This document shows, in pieces, positions 37,313 through 45,762 of a stretch of DNA of 64,000 bases (its first letter is position 1; every line of letters starts with the position of its first letter). The DNA comes from a virus. Its lineage: Duplodnaviria; Caudoviricetes. The position numbers were made by a program, and so were the translations under genes. The stretch lies in the IMG/VR virus record IMGVR_UViG_3300036770_004813, positions 1,482-65,481 of that record; one strand, given 5' to 3'. The notes beneath the pieces are model-generated. The model had not been told where the DNA came from. It searched no databases and saw only the letters and a list, made by a program, of their open reading frames with translations.

Positions 37313-37513
37313 ATGACCCTTCCTCTCCTGGCAATGCTTCCCTCCAGCCCCACCAACATGGCGGTGCGCTGCCAGTGGCATTGCATCGCTTTAGTTGGGT
37401 CCGACATGGAGGGTTACAGGCACTGGGACGGCAATTTGGTCCGCTGGATGGCCCATCCTCAATTTGATATGGCGGAGTTCAACCGCCTCTGTCGGCACTA
37501 CAAGCTCGACTGA
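37313..37513 (+). CDS. Hypothetical protein
   Basis: Between cassette header and terminator. Confidence 0.65.
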   Translation: MTLPLLAMLPSSPTNMAVRCQWHCIALVGSDMEGYRHWDGNLVRWMAHPQFDMAEFNRLCRHYKLD

Positions 37514-37524
37514 GCATCACCACC

Positions 37525-37548
37525 GCCCCGGCCACCCGGGGCTTTTTT
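37525..37548 (+). terminator. Rho-independent terminator
   Basis: GCCCCGG-CCAC-CCGGGGC-TTTTTT. Confidence 0.85.
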
Positions 37549-37566
37549 CATGCCCTACTCTCAGCA

Positions 37567-37650
37567 AGCCCGGTCGGCCCATCATCCGCAAGGGGGGCGC
37601 GGTGGTTGCTTTCGTTGGGGGCAGCCTGAAACCGTACCGAAGGCCGGGTT
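37567..37650 (+). ncRNA. Candidate multi-stem structured RNA (~84 nt)
   Basis: Closing stem AGCCCGGTC/GGCCGGGTT, GCAA-tetraloop hairpin, GCGGT/ACCGT and GGTTGCTTT/GGGGCAGCC stems; G-U pairs favour the + strand. Confidence 0.55.
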
Positions 37651-37704
37651 AAACTAACCCCAACACCCTCCAAGCCTCTCAGCGATGCTCAAACAGGAGG
37701 GTCA

Positions 37705-37833
37705 CTATTTAGCAGGCTTTTTTGCCATCTTCTTTCCAGCCTTGGCAGGAGCCTTAGCCCCACCCTTGGCGGGCTTCATCAGGAAGGCGGGGAGCTTGCC
37801 CTTTTTGTCGCCTTTGCCTTTTTCGTAGGACAT
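37705..37833 (-). CDS. 42-aa Lys/Ala/Pro-rich histone-H1-like peptide
   Basis: MSYEKGKGDKKGKLPAFLMKPAKGGAKAPAKAGKKMAKKPAK; own GGGAAAACT motif at 37858-37866. Confidence 0.6.
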   Translation of the reverse strand: MSYEKGKGDKKGKLPAFLMKPAKGGAKAPAKAGKKMAKKPAK

Positions 37834-37916
37834 GCCCGTTTGGTGAGGTTCTGGTTTAGTTTTCCCTGTCCGGCGGTGGTGACGACTTATTAACGCTCTT
37901 GCGCTGCCTTGCCAGG

Positions 37917-37981
37917 CGCAACGCTAGGCGCTACAATGAAAGGACAGCAGGGGGAACTCTGCTCACACCCAGCGACTTCAA
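37917..37981 (+). promoter_or_regulatory. Cassette header 3
   Basis: CGCAACGCTAGGCGCTACAAT...GCAGGG-GGAA-CTCTGC...CACCCAGCGA. Confidence 0.8.
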
Positions 37982-38242
37982 ATGACCGTCATGACTACCA
38001 CGCTTCCCGAAACGCTGCTTGATATGGGCCCTTGGGGCGTCTGCATTTTTGCGACTCCTCAAGCTGCCACCGCAATGGCAGCCGAACTTGGATGGGATAC
38101 TGGCGAGTTGGATCGCCTGCATTTAAATCCATCTGGTGATGCCTACTTGTTCCATGAAACTCAGGGAGGTCGCACTCATACTCAGGTGATTCGTGTCAAA
38201 CCTGGAACCGCCGATGGCGAATTTATCGCCAGTGACGACTAA
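37982..38242 (+). CDS. Hypothetical protein
   Basis: Header upstream; TTCCCCGC/GCGGGGAA hairpin downstream. Confidence 0.7.
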   Translation: MTVMTTTLPETLLDMGPWGVCIFATPQAATAMAAELGWDTGELDRLHLNPSGDAYLFHETQGGRTHTQVIRVKPGTADGEFIASDD

Positions 38243-38302
38243 ACACGCTAGTGTTGAATTTCCCCGCAAAGGCGGGGAAGACTTTTCCTTAACAGTTTGT
38301 GG

Positions 38303-39070
38303 TTAGTCTTTGCCGCCCGACTTTTTCCGTTTGCCTGGCCTCAGCAACGTTCTAACTGCTTGCCGACGCACGGTGGTTTTTAAGGCCTTTTCAACTTTTT
38401 GATCAAGACCTCCAAAGGCACTTATGCCCTCAAGCCTTACCTTAATCTTTTTAGAGGGCACGTCAAAAAATACTTTTGATGTTGAGGCCAGTGATTTGAT
38501 GCGCCCTGCAGTCCCCTTGCTTATGTCATCGCCCTTAAAGATATAGTTCTTGCCGCTGCCTCTATTTGGTGCAATTCCTATTCTCTCCGATTGATTGTTA
38601 AAGTATATCCTGTCCATGCCGTTCTTTTGCCAGCGGCTACCACCAGCGTTTTCCATCATTTTGGCAGTTAGCTTAGGAGAAAATCGCCCTGCCTGCTTTG
38701 GGAGAGATTTAGCTTTGGCGCCAATTTGATAATCCCATCCGTCTTTCTTTCTGATTGCCCGACCCTCTTGCGTTACGGGAGATGTGGCCATGGATTTCTT
38801 GCCCCCTTTGCCCATTATCCCAGCCCTTCCGCCTGAGATGTTCGCCACCTGCCTAGCCCTCAACTTCCCGCTAGCTGTCTTGAGCCTCCCACCTCTGACC
38901 GTGGCGCCATCTCCCCCCACGCTGGTGATCTTGCCGCTGTTATCTCGCGTCAGGCGGTTAGGCCCCTTCGCCACACGCTTAGCCGCTGGCCTCTTGCTGC
39001 CCCCTCCACCAGTCGAGGCAAAGCGCCCGTTTGCGTCACGCTTATAGGTGCGCCCCGCCTTGCCAGCCAT
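38303..39070 (-). CDS. Highly basic late protein A (shared ~90-aa N-terminus with RDxxGRF)
   Basis: MAGKAGRTYKRDANGRFAST...; late motif 39092-39100. Confidence 0.75.
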   Translation of the reverse strand: MAGKAGRTYKRDANGRFASTGGGGSKRPAAKRVAKGPNRLTRDNSGKITSVGGDGATVRGGRLKTASGKLRARQVANISGGRAGIMGKGGKKSMATSPVTQEGRAIRKKDGWDYQIGAKAKSLPKQAGRFSPKLTAKMMENAGGSRWQKNGMDRIYFNNQSERIGIAPNRGSGKNYIFKGDDISKGTAGRIKSLASTSKVFFDVPSKKIKVRLEGISAFGGLDQKVEKALKTTVRRQAVRTLLRPGKRKKSGGKD

Positions 39071-39106
39071 CGAAGATCAGTTGCTACCTGTAGTTTTCCC
39101 GCAGGA

Positions 39107-40174
39107 TCAGACCACAGGCTCCGGTGCCCTGGTGATGCCTGGATATTGTCTACGTTCTGATGGCGAGGGCTTCAATACAGCTTCCTCTAGCTTTTTTGAT
39201 GCCTTTTCAAATGGCCATCCCTTAGAGTCTCCAAACTCTTTCCATACTTTTTCACGTTCCTTTTCCCAGAAGTCTTCGCGTAGTAGTTCCCGCCTAAGTT
39301 CTGGGTCATTCTCTTCTACTGCTTCTGAAGATACGGGAGATAGACTGCAACGACACCTTGGATGAAGCGCACCTATCATCTCATCTAATCGGTAAATCTT
39401 TCCATGCCTGCTAGCACAAACCACACACGTCCTTTCATCCTGCGTTGCAATCCACCGCCCATAGACGTAGCCATTGCGAGCCGCTGAGGCCTTCTGTGCT
39501 GCCACATAAGCATTAGCCAGCTCAGAGCGTGCGATCAGCTCAGCACGTTGCTTTAGCCCCATCCGAGCATTGAGGCCTTGTGGATCCTTGGCACCGAGTA
39601 GGGCAGTCCTGATCTCACGCTCCAACACCCTGGGCCCTTTGCCGCGCCCGATGCCATCAGTAACGATTCTTGCAATGTTGTCACGGAACGACTCGATTTC
39701 GCCACGGATATAGGCTGAGGCTGTTTTAGCAGCAGCTTCTACGGCAGCCCTGCTAGCGCCAACAAAGGGTCCATCTGCGTTTTCTTCTACGGTGGAAGCT
39801 AGCTTCTGTCCTAGCTCCCCACCGAGGGCAACAGCTTCCTCAAAGTCTTTTTTATATTGCCTTTCGATGGCTTTAATCATCGGCTCTGGCATGTACTCCT
39901 GAGCCAGTTGAATTAGTTTCTTATATTTAGCAGAACCATCAGAAATGCTATAACTGCCAGGTCTACGGATAACACCATCGCCAGAAGGTGTGGCCAGCAG
40001 GTCAGGATCAATGAATTGGGCATAATACTTTCTGAGATCACGGAGGGTGCGGAGGAGGGCACGGGTTAAGGATGCTGTGGTGTTGCTGACGCTACGGTTG
40101 GAGAGGGTGTCTAGGGCTTTGGCATAGTCGTCGGCTAGGTCTAGCTGCTGGTTTCCTATGATTTTGGTGGGCAT
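39107..40174 (-). CDS. Minor head morphogenesis protein (SPP1 gp7 / Mu gpF family)
   Basis: RAELIARSE...WIATQDERTCVVCASRHG...HPRCRC. Confidence 0.93.
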   Translation of the reverse strand: MPTKIIGNQQLDLADDYAKALDTLSNRSVSNTTASLTRALLRTLRDLRKYYAQFIDPDLLATPSGDGVIRRPGSYSISDGSAKYKKLIQLAQEYMPEPMIKAIERQYKKDFEEAVALGGELGQKLASTVEENADGPFVGASRAAVEAAAKTASAYIRGEIESFRDNIARIVTDGIGRGKGPRVLEREIRTALLGAKDPQGLNARMGLKQRAELIARSELANAYVAAQKASAARNGYVYGRWIATQDERTCVVCASRHGKIYRLDEMIGALHPRCRCSLSPVSSEAVEENDPELRRELLREDFWEKEREKVWKEFGDSKGWPFEKASKKLEEAVLKPSPSERRQYPGITRAPEPVV

Positions 40175-40267
40175 GGGCAGACAGGCTTATCCAAGTGCTC
40201 TTGCTGTTTCTAGTTTTCCCGCTTTCAAGGTTACGAGTGGTCAACTTTCACCCCTGCCCTTGTCAAG

Positions 40268-40331
40268 CGCAACGCTAGGCGCTACAGTATGGAGACAGCA
40301 GGGGGAACCCTGCGTACACCCAGCGAATCCC
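40268..40331 (+). promoter_or_regulatory. Cassette header 4
   Basis: CGCAACGCTAGGCGCTACAGT...GCAGGG-GGAA-CCCTGC...CACCCAGCGA. Confidence 0.8.
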
Positions 40332-40562
40332 ATGAACACCTTCATCCTTGAGCGCGACGAAACCCAGCAGACACCTGCCGCTCGTTGCACATTCAAGCCG
40401 TACACCTCGGAATCGGGTAAACAATGGGTTGAAGTAACAATGCTCCATCTAACAAACATGGGATGGGGCGGCACGATGGGCAAGGGCGACGGCCACATGA
40501 ATGTCAAGCACGCCAGAGAGTTCTACGCCAGCCTTCTTGGGAGAGGGTTTAGGCCTGCCTGA
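40332..40562 (+). CDS. Hypothetical protein
   Basis: Header upstream; terminator GCCCCTCC/GGAGGGGC-CTTTT at 40571-40594. Confidence 0.7.
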   Translation: MNTFILERDETQQTPAARCTFKPYTSESGKQWVEVTMLHLTNMGWGGTMGKGDGHMNVKHAREFYASLLGRGFRPA

Positions 40563-40592
40563 TTAACACCGCCCCTCCCTCGGAGGGGCCTT

Positions 40593-41738
40593 TTAGTTCC
40601 CCTTCTGTTTTTTCAGAGCTGCAATCGCCCATGGGTCGCCAGCGGCAGCTCTTCTTTGTGTTTCTTTCCGTCCAGACTTGCTGTTAGGTAGCGGCCTTGG
40701 CTTGCTTGGCTTAAACACACGGCCACTTCCGGTCATTGTGCCGACCTCCTTAAACCTGCCGGCCCCCATGGTCTTAACTCCACCGGTAAGCGTGAACTGT
40801 TTGATCTTTTTGCGACCAACAACGATTCTTGGCGCGGAGTCAGCAAAGGTCTGCCGCTTGGCTACAGCTTCATTAAAGCCCTTGCTTGCCGCTGCTTTTT
40901 TGCCAAGTTCATTCCTGCGGAATCTTTGTGCCGCTGCCGCCTGCTTCCGCGACCTGACCTGAACAGGCAACCCAGCAAACCCCTTCAGGTTGTTTTTCAA
41001 TGCGCTGCCGACGTTCTTCAGCGGCTTCCGTCGTCCTGTTGCGGCTGGCAGTTGAGCAGGTTTGGGATTAGCCGCTGGCCGCACCTTTCCGCGTGCGCTT
41101 AGCCCCTTCCCTCCAGGCAGCTTAGGCGTCGAGTTCCGAACGATTTCCGCCATCCCACGCATGGTCCTGGCGTCTGATTGAGCAAGCTCACGGAGGCCAG
41201 CCCTGAGCGTTTGCGAAACGCTCTTACTGCCTGCCCCTGTGGCCTTCACGCGATTGCTTGCAGCAGTGCCTACGTTGCTCCTGGTGGCCCGTACCTTCTG
41301 CCCGGTGATGGCCTCCACCTCCCTGATGCGCTTCGCATCCTGCTTCGCCAGGCTGCCCATGACGCTGCGCAGCGTGTTGGTCATGGAGCCAGGCCGCTGG
41401 GAGGCGGGGACGCGACTGCTGTCAGTGAGCCTGGTGGTTGGCAGCACCTTCGAGCCTTTCAGCTTTCCACCCTTGCCGACCATGCCAGCCCTGCCGCCAG
41501 CAATGCGCGTGGTCTGCGTTGCCCTGAGATTGCCTGCTGCTGTTCTGAGCCTGCCGCCTCTTGCTGTTGCCCCATCCCCTCCAACTGAAGTGATCTTGCC
41601 AGCGTTATCCCGCGTCAGTTTATTAACGCCCTTTGCCACGGTCTTGGCAGGTGGCCTTGATTTCTTCCCGCTGGTTCCAGTGCTGGCAAACCTGCCGCGC
41701 CCATCTCTCTTATAGGTGCGTCCTGCTCTGCCAGCCAC
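40593..41738 (-). CDS. Highly basic late protein B (paralog of protein A)
   Basis: MAGRAGRTYKRDGRGRFAST...; internal LR...LA-x-x-DA repeat; late motif 41765-41773. Confidence 0.75.
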   Translation of the reverse strand: MAGRAGRTYKRDGRGRFASTGTSGKKSRPPAKTVAKGVNKLTRDNAGKITSVGGDGATARGGRLRTAAGNLRATQTTRIAGGRAGMVGKGGKLKGSKVLPTTRLTDSSRVPASQRPGSMTNTLRSVMGSLAKQDAKRIREVEAITGQKVRATRSNVGTAASNRVKATGAGSKSVSQTLRAGLRELAQSDARTMRGMAEIVRNSTPKLPGGKGLSARGKVRPAANPKPAQLPAATGRRKPLKNVGSALKNNLKGFAGLPVQVRSRKQAAAAQRFRRNELGKKAAASKGFNEAVAKRQTFADSAPRIVVGRKKIKQFTLTGGVKTMGAGRFKEVGTMTGSGRVFKPSKPRPLPNSKSGRKETQRRAAAGDPWAIAALKKQKGN

Positions 41739-41812
41739 GGTGTTCTAAAGCCCTGTCTGGCTTTAGTTTTCCCGTGATAGATTGCCATTACGGTGCTTCC
41801 GCTTCTGCTTAA

Positions 41813-42067
41813 GTGATGAACTATCCAAGATGGACCGCAAGCGAGGACAAGCAAGCCCTCATGTTAAGAAGTCAAGGCTTGTCATGGAATCAAGTTGCAA
41901 AGGAGTTGGGTCGCACCAAGGCCGCAGTAGTTTCCAGGTTTGCTCCCGAGGCGTTTGGAAGGCCCTTGCCATCAGTCGCGCCAAAAGCCGACATACTAAA
42001 GCCAAGTGAAGTTGCAAGCATAAATGAATATGAAGACATGCCCTTGTCGTGGCTGTCATCTGATTAA
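41813..42067 (+). CDS. Myb/GcrA-like HTH protein
   Basis: WTASED...LRSQGLSWNQVAKELGRTKAAV. Confidence 0.7.
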   Translation: MMNYPRWTASEDKQALMLRSQGLSWNQVAKELGRTKAAVVSRFAPEAFGRPLPSVAPKADILKPSEVASINEYEDMPLSWLSSD

Positions 42068-42073
42068 CAGGAT

Positions 42074-42262
42074 CTAACTCAGCAGCAGCCGCACCCTATA
42101 GCGCGAGACTCCAAGGTGTTCAGCAATCCTGCGCTGTGACCAGCCGGACCGCCTGAGCCGTTGGGCACGTTGTTGGCTGGATTCTGTGAGCCACCCCAGC
42201 AACAGCAGGGGCAGCATGAGAAGCATGGCGACCCAAAACAGGCCGCAAGCGATAGTGGTCAT
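42074..42262 (-). CDS. Membrane-anchored HTH protein
   Basis: Hydrophobic N-terminus followed by LRRSGWSQRRIAEHLGVSRYRVR. Confidence 0.65.
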   Translation of the reverse strand: MTTIACGLFWVAMLLMLPLLLLGWLTESSQQRAQRLRRSGWSQRRIAEHLGVSRYRVRLLLS

Positions 42263-42381
42263 TTGAATGGTGTTGGCAGGTGATGCGTGCGATCGAACCT
42301 GACCCCTGCACTATACACACACCACGAGGGTGGGTGGGGATGTATCAGCAGGTATTTGCAAAAGTTTGTGGTGGTTGAATA

Positions 42382-43275
42382 TCAGGTTGCAGGCTCTAGC
42401 GATACCGTAACGCCATGATCAGCGGGCTTCAGTTTTAGCCAGACACCTCCCAAGCTCTTGGGCATCACTATTTTTTCCACTGCCCAACCACCGCCACCTT
42501 CAAACTCCTCCTTATAGGTGCCTGTCTGAACGTGCCAGCGTTGGGCGATACGCTGCTGACCGCTACCGCTAACCCGGAAGCAAGGGTGGCTCACGATTGT
42601 CCTTTCGTGGTTGTGGCCATTGATCAGGATGTCGGCCTCTGGCGCGATGCTGGCATAACGACCACCTCCCATGGTCCCCTTCGTCACTACGCCACCCCAT
42701 GCCCCATGGTGGAAGAACAGTGCACAGCGCCTAGTGCGTGAAGATCGGTTAGCACCAGGCTGGTGGAACGTAAACCACACCCAACCCTGATACGGCAGGT
42801 GTTCTACAGGCGAGTCGTAACGATCACGCATGAGCCGGACAACATTTCCTAAGGGGTTGATCTCTTGACTGCTAATGACTGCCGTTTCGTGGTTCCCATC
42901 GCTCATCATTAAGATAGTGCTGGCGAACGGTGCAAACCATTCAGCAGTCTCGGAAAACACCAGATCGAAATAGTTGCTGCCTAAGTGCTCAGGCCTAATT
43001 GCACCTTTCGAGCCCCTACGATCCTTCTTGCCTTGCATGAGGCAGAGCACATCACCAAAAAACAAGGCATGGCCACCGCGCCCCTGTATTTGCTTTAGGT
43101 GACTCTTCAATAGATTTCTATCACATTTGGGATTGTCAAGGTGAATATCAGACGCCAACAGAAACTCATGTGGCTGCTCCCTTCCTGTGTAGGGTATTCG
43201 GATCTCTAAGACTTGAGGGGAGCGGCGAATCAGCCTTAGTTTGTCGTCCACAAGGGTGCAAGATGCTGACCACAC
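42382..43275 (-). CDS. Calcineurin-like metallophosphoesterase
   Basis: SDIH, GD, GNHE, HHG, GHNH motifs. Confidence 0.88.
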   Translation of the reverse strand: MWSASCTLVDDKLRLIRRSPQVLEIRIPYTGREQPHEFLLASDIHLDNPKCDRNLLKSHLKQIQGRGGHALFFGDVLCLMQGKKDRRGSKGAIRPEHLGSNYFDLVFSETAEWFAPFASTILMMSDGNHETAVISSQEINPLGNVVRLMRDRYDSPVEHLPYQGWVWFTFHQPGANRSSRTRRCALFFHHGAWGGVVTKGTMGGGRYASIAPEADILINGHNHERTIVSHPCFRVSGSGQQRIAQRWHVQTGTYKEEFEGGGGWAVEKIVMPKSLGGVWLKLKPADHGVTVSLEPAT

Positions 43276-43325
43276 CCTAGTTTTCCCGCGTTGATGTCTA
43301 TTCTGTTACATTTCAGGGGATATGC

Positions 43326-44846
43326 TTATTGCTCTTCGTCGTCTATCGGATCCTCTTCTACCTGATCCTCTTCATCATCCCCTGCCAGATCATTAGGGCC
43401 AGGAACGGGAGGATTCAGCAAGGCATTCTGCTTCTCATCCTCCTCCGCGAGTTGAGCCGCTTCATCCTCACCGTTGATACCAGGCCGCAGCATCCCGCGC
43501 CTCTGAGCCAGGTTGGTCACGGTTTCACGCATCAGGAGGCCCTTGTCATAGAGGGTGCCTGCCAGCGTCAACAGGGCATCATCCACCGGCTTATCGGTGA
43601 TGCCAGGCAACAGGTCGATCCCTGCCCCAACCTCTGGCAGGTCCCCGGTGAAGGTGCCCCATAGATCAAAGAGCGATTGCCAGCAGGAGCTTTTGGCTTC
43701 TGCCAAGCTGGTGATGCTCGCCTGAAGTTGTGCGCTTTCTAGCTCAGCCTGTGTTGCAGTGCGCTGCCCTGAGCCTGAACTAAACAAAAAGCTAAGGGTG
43801 CTACGGTCAATTAACTTCTCAATTTCTGCAAGATGTTGCAGGTGTTTGTCTAGGCTAGATCCTGTAGGTTCAGCAAAGGTAAGGCTACCGTTCGGATCCT
43901 TGATTTCAACTAGGCTATTCGGCCCCAGTGTTAGCGGTGTGCCCTCCACCCTGCCGGCATCTTTGAGCACCGTCACGGGCAATGCGCAGCGGTGGAGCAG
44001 CTCTTTCAAGTCGCTGTATTCCCTGAACCAATCAAGGGTCAGGTTCGCCAGGCTGAGCAGCATTGGAGCGCCAGAGCCGAATCCATCTCGTGGTGGGCCA
44101 TACCAAATGACAGGCGGATATTCCAGCTCCCTGCCGCCTGCACCGATGAACCTATCCTCGTCCAGAACCTCAATCGTTCCCTCGCCGTTATCTTTGCTTT
44201 TGTCGCCACCATGGATCTTAATTAGCTGCCAGGTGCCGCCGCGCATGACGCGATAGCGCGGCTCTAGCTTGATGCCAAAATCATCATCATCTACCTCATG
44301 CCATTCGAGCACGGTAACAGCGATCGGCACATGCTTACGCCCAATCTTTTTTAGCTTCCAGTTCAGGACATTGCTGCGCTCGGCAATACTGAAGACAGGC
44401 CGCCTGCCCTGGGCAATCTCAGCAGCCCTGGATTCTGCTGTGCCCTGCGGCATGTCGCACATCAGGAGGCAACCGCCATCCCTCAGCACCAGGCTATCGG
44501 CCACCATGCCCCAGGCCTTCAGAGAGTCGCCCTCACCATTGATGTCAGACTGCGCTTCGATCAGGCTCTGCTGCACCCCGCGCAGTTCATAACGGCTGAG
44601 CACACCAGCAAAAGCCGTGATGCCATCCCTGAAGAATGACGGATAGGAAGAGCGTCTGACCCTTCCCTCATAAGCCTGCTCTGGCTCCCCTTGTTCTTTC
44701 GGAAGATGCCTCTTTTTTGCTTCGCCCCTCAGTAGATCCCAGCAATCTGCAACCAGTTCTAATTCTGTGCGAACCTCAGCCAGCTTCGGGTGATGAAAAC
44801 TAGGTAGTTTCCCGTTCGTTGTCGAATGGCTGATCTGCTGCCGCAC
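43326..44846 (-). CDS. Portal protein (DUF4055-like)
   Basis: HLPKEQGEP...Y..R, P.LL.LANL...Y.D...LH, TATQA; downstream of terL. Confidence 0.85.
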   Translation of the reverse strand: MRQQISHSTTNGKLPSFHHPKLAEVRTELELVADCWDLLRGEAKKRHLPKEQGEPEQAYEGRVRRSSYPSFFRDGITAFAGVLSRYELRGVQQSLIEAQSDINGEGDSLKAWGMVADSLVLRDGGCLLMCDMPQGTAESRAAEIAQGRRPVFSIAERSNVLNWKLKKIGRKHVPIAVTVLEWHEVDDDDFGIKLEPRYRVMRGGTWQLIKIHGGDKSKDNGEGTIEVLDEDRFIGAGGRELEYPPVIWYGPPRDGFGSGAPMLLSLANLTLDWFREYSDLKELLHRCALPVTVLKDAGRVEGTPLTLGPNSLVEIKDPNGSLTFAEPTGSSLDKHLQHLAEIEKLIDRSTLSFLFSSGSGQRTATQAELESAQLQASITSLAEAKSSCWQSLFDLWGTFTGDLPEVGAGIDLLPGITDKPVDDALLTLAGTLYDKGLLMRETVTNLAQRRGMLRPGINGEDEAAQLAEEDEKQNALLNPPVPGPNDLAGDDEEDQVEEDPIDDEEQ

Positions 44847-45762
44847 CGCTCACTTTTTTATCTTCTGTTTGAGTTTTCCCCCTCTGAACAAAAATCCCGA
44901 GCTGTTGGATGATTTCCACAGGGTTGGACGTTGCCTTAGGCTGCCGTGTCCCCCTCTTTCTTGCCCCTGAAGCTGGCACACACAGGCTCAGATCATTTTG
45001 CGTCTGTATCGGCTCGCGGCGAATGATGCTTTGCGCACGGCCTAGGAATTGTTGGTGCGATAGGGAGGCCAGTTTGCGTTTCTTTTTGCCTGTCCATGCC
45101 GCCTTAATCATCTCCTGATCAGCCCATGGCAAGGCCTCCCAGGCACGGTCAGCAATCGTGAGGGCATCCGCCAGCTCATCGAATGTTTCAGCGTCGTCTA
45201 GCGCGTCAGAGTGGGCAGAGCGGTAAGCATCAGGATCTAGCTGGGAGGTGGTCTGCTGTGCCTGAAGGATGGCCTCGATGTCTTCTGGCTTGAGGCCCGT
45301 AGCTTGCTCCACTGCTGCCATGGTGGCCCCTGCTGCTGCCATCCGGCGCACGGTGGGGGCAGTGTCGCGCCAGAGATCAGGGAACCGCACACCAGAGCTG
45401 TGGCCCCGATCCCTTAGCCATTGGTGCATGGCGCCCTGGATGCACGGGACCACATAGGTGCTCAGCCTGAAGGGTTTGCCCGTGTCTGGGTTGCTCAGTG
45501 TGGGGTCATACCTTCTGCAACCCTTGAGGAGGCCCTGGGCTGCCACCAAATACAGATCCTCGAAGGGCAACTTAGTGCGAAACGCCAAACGGCTTGCCAT
45601 TGCTGCCGCCAATTTCAGATTCTCTGCTGCAAGCTGTTCAGACCACTCTGTAGGAGGTGGAAACGATCCAAGTTTGCTGGCCTCTATGTCCACATCAGGA
45701 CACGGGCGCACCTTGGTCGAGCGCGCTGATCGTGGGCGACCCTTGGCAGGTTTCGTCGTCAC
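44800..45762 (-). CDS. Second sigma factor, SigB/SigF-like, with degenerate region 4
   Basis: ENLKLA..MA, EDLYLVAAQGLLKGCRRYDP, LSTYVVPCIQGAMHQWLRD. Confidence 0.85.
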   Translation of the reverse strand: MTTKPAKGRPRSARSTKVRPCPDVDIEASKLGSFPPPTEWSEQLAAENLKLAAAMASRLAFRTKLPFEDLYLVAAQGLLKGCRRYDPTLSNPDTGKPFRLSTYVVPCIQGAMHQWLRDRGHSSGVRFPDLWRDTAPTVRRMAAAGATMAAVEQATGLKPEDIEAILQAQQTTSQLDPDAYRSAHSDALDDAETFDELADALTIADRAWEALPWADQEMIKAAWTGKKKRKLASLSHQQFLGRAQSIIRREPIQTQNDLSLCVPASGARKRGTRQPKATSNPVEIIQQLGIFVQRGKTQTEDKKVSGAAADQPFDNERETT

